Below, piece after piece: positions 61,931 to 64,000 of a DNA stretch of 64,000 nucleotides. The notes beneath the pieces were generated by a model. It had not been told where the DNA came from and did no database searches. It saw nothing but the letters and a program-made list of their open reading frames with translations. The translations under genes were made by a program, and so were the position numbers. Source of the stretch: Felis catus (taxonomy: Eukaryota); NCBI RefSeq assembly GCF_018350175.1, contig NC_058368.1, positions 28,274,001-28,338,000 of the forward strand, in the 5' to 3' direction. Every line of letters begins with the position of its first letter. Position 1 is the stretch's first letter.

Positions 61931-63629
61931 CTAATATTGACATTTAAGCAATATAAAGTAAAACTCATCAATTCGATTCTCAACACCTCTGGTTTCCCAG
62001 GACAGGTACTTTCCATTTCTTAAGATTCCAGCCAATGCTGGAAAAAAATCCGTCCTTTCTTACTCCTATGTTGACATCAACTAAAACATTTATTTGAAAG
62101 GGTAAAACAATTCTACAACAAAGGAGTAACACTGATCGTCTACTGAGAGCACAGATGTAAAACTCTACTTTGAGGCACTGAATTCAGATCCTTTATAAAT
62201 GCCATAATTTGTGTCAAAATACAATACACAGGTAAAGAAAGAGAAACCAAACTATAAAGCTATAATAACCACCAAAATAGAAGTGAAACACAAAAATACA
62301 ATCTCAAATAAGTAAACCTATTAAATGGACTTTAAGAAAGCTGCTTGAACTGAGAGAAGGAAGCAGCAAGCCCTTGTATCACACGTATTACATCATAAGT
62401 AACGTTCTAAGCTCTTCTGCTATACAAACTCCTGGAATCCTCACACCCACCCTATGAGGTGGGAACTACGTGAGAGATGTGAGGCGAAGAGAGATCCAGA
62501 GTATGACAGTGGGGAGGTGGCTGAACCAGGATGTGAACACAGGAAGTCCGGCTCCATGCTCTGTGTAATCACTTCATTCTTTAGGCAGAATGGGGGAAAA
62601 AATGTCATATGCAGCCACTTAATATCCCAAGCGCCAGACTGGGGAATTTTCTGGCACACTCCTTTATAAATAAAATACTGCTCTCAAGTTTCTTTTAACG
62701 AAAAGTACGTTTTCAACATAAGGAAGGATGAATCGCTGTTGATGATAAAACTAATGACCTGTGGACCCATACCAAGTGTTTACCCACTCCTGCTTAACGA
62801 TGGCTGAGCAAAAAGCCGAGCTGAGACAAGGGCCCTCCCACACAAGCGATGCAGGGTGGGCACGCTGGAAGACATCACGCCAGTTTGTACCAGCAATGGA
62901 AATTTGGTGGTGGATGGCCCTGATTCTTCTTGAGAGCACTGGAGGGCATTCTAGACTACCACTGATCATTTTTAGGATGTGTTGGTTCCTAATTTTTTCA
63001 TTTAAAAAAACGGATCCGTGTCACGCTTTAAGATAAACGTACTGCCTTTTTCCTCCTCTCCCCCCACTGACTCTCAATCAAAAACGGGTCTAGTGCACTA
63101 TGATACCAGGCGTGGCCTCAGGGCCATTCAGTGAATCCTGCAGAGGTCATGGGGTCGGAAGCTAAGTCACCTCAAGACTTCTCTGTATTACTGGCTTTCT
63201 CAGCTCAGAGCTCCTGGCCCTTTGGAGAGGTTACTAAACTCCAGCGAAAAGGGAAGGAGCTGACCTACTGCAACTATAAACAACAATGAAAAGTAGGATT
63301 TCCATAATTTTGAATCTTTCTATAAATTCGTTTCAATCCATCTCCTAATTTACCAATTCCTAATTTAACAAAATTGAAAGTTGGCCACAATTTTCTACAT
63401 GATGAGAAGACTGGGATCTCAAAGGTGAGTGATGGCATGGCATATATCCACATGTAATTCTTCTGATTTCTATCTACTCACAAAAGAAACCCTAAAGAGC
63501 TTGCTAGTGCCAAAAGTAAACTTTGAAAATGAATTTCATTATTTATATTCACCTGTATCTTCTTTTCTCTTATTCATTCCTCAGTAAAGTCAGTTAAGTA
63601 ATGACTAGTTCATTAGAGAAAATACTCAC

Positions 63630-63707
63630 CACACGCATTTACACCATGTACTGCCTTTGGAATAACTTTGTTCACAGGCATGACTTGGGAAAAAGGATAC
63701 AATTTTT
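63630..63707 (-). CDS. Probable upstream coding exon of the same gene: xKLYPFSQVMPVNKVIPKAVHGVNAC(G); alternative in-frame acceptor gives 63630-63683
   Basis: Consensus donor GTG|gtgagt. Ends in phase 1 as required by the 61930 exon. Open frame from either acceptor (tgtctag| or cctttttcccaag|). KAVHGV falls at about the spacing of PARG KAYCGF. Confidence 0.5.
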
Positions 63708-64000
63708 CTAGACAAAGTCAACACTCTTTAAGTCAACAAAAATAAAGCAAATTATTACCCAGCCTATCTGTGACTCTAAAAGTATTGTCCTACTCCTACT
63801 TCATATCTGATGACAAAAACTTACTTCTAGAAGCCTGATATGAAGAATGTCTATTTAGCAGAAGCATTGGCACTAAAAAATAATCACCTCAGTTTGGAGG
63901 ATTTTATCTCAAAAACCAGTACATGACCTCCCTAAATAAGGAAGGCATAATTGGTGACAAAACTGATTGGAAACTCAGGTGTTATGAAAGTACATTTTAA

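Noticed and set aside
61819..62016. ORF-track frame ending ...FGARPKDSAHYKYRHGAVHSRPPAKDYPSVARRFGG*
   Set aside because: Alternative frame of the real exon. It stops inside the exon and has no family resemblance, whereas the other frame splices in phase to the terminal exon and gives PARG-like motifs.
62751..62969. GC-richer intronic patch with open frames as a possible extra exon
   Set aside because: Weak splice sites, no open frame ending in the required phase 1, and insertion would break the PARG-like spacing.
1..64000. Prokaryotic-type systems (CRISPR, operons, rRNA)
   Set aside because: The sequence is mammalian, and no repeat-spacer arrays or rRNA similarity were seen.

Overview
Eukaryotic, carnivore-type genomic DNA, most likely a cat/felid, judged from more than 20 tRNA-Lys-derived CAN-SINEs of the feline SINEC_Fc type and a young carnivore L1. 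About 1-55 kb is intergenic and repeat-rich: CAN-SINEs, L1, L2, MIR, CR1/L3, MaLR/ERVL LTRs, hAT transposon relics and simple repeats. Almost all ORFs in the supplied track are spurious. The right end holds the 3' part of a minus-strand spliced protein-coding gene. It has a probable exon at 63630-63707(or 63683), a clear exon at 61770-61930, a terminal coding exon at 58987-59127 and a probable ~3.8 kb 3' UTR ending near an AATAAA at 55174-55179. The spliced peptide is not one I can name. It resembles the C-terminal subdomain of poly(ADP-ribose) glycohydrolases (PARG) but lacks the GNWGCGAFGG loop, which suggests a second, divergent PARG-fold gene in a mammal. Repeat family names and protein comparisons come from recalled consensus sequences, not database searches. 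Repeat boundaries are approximate.
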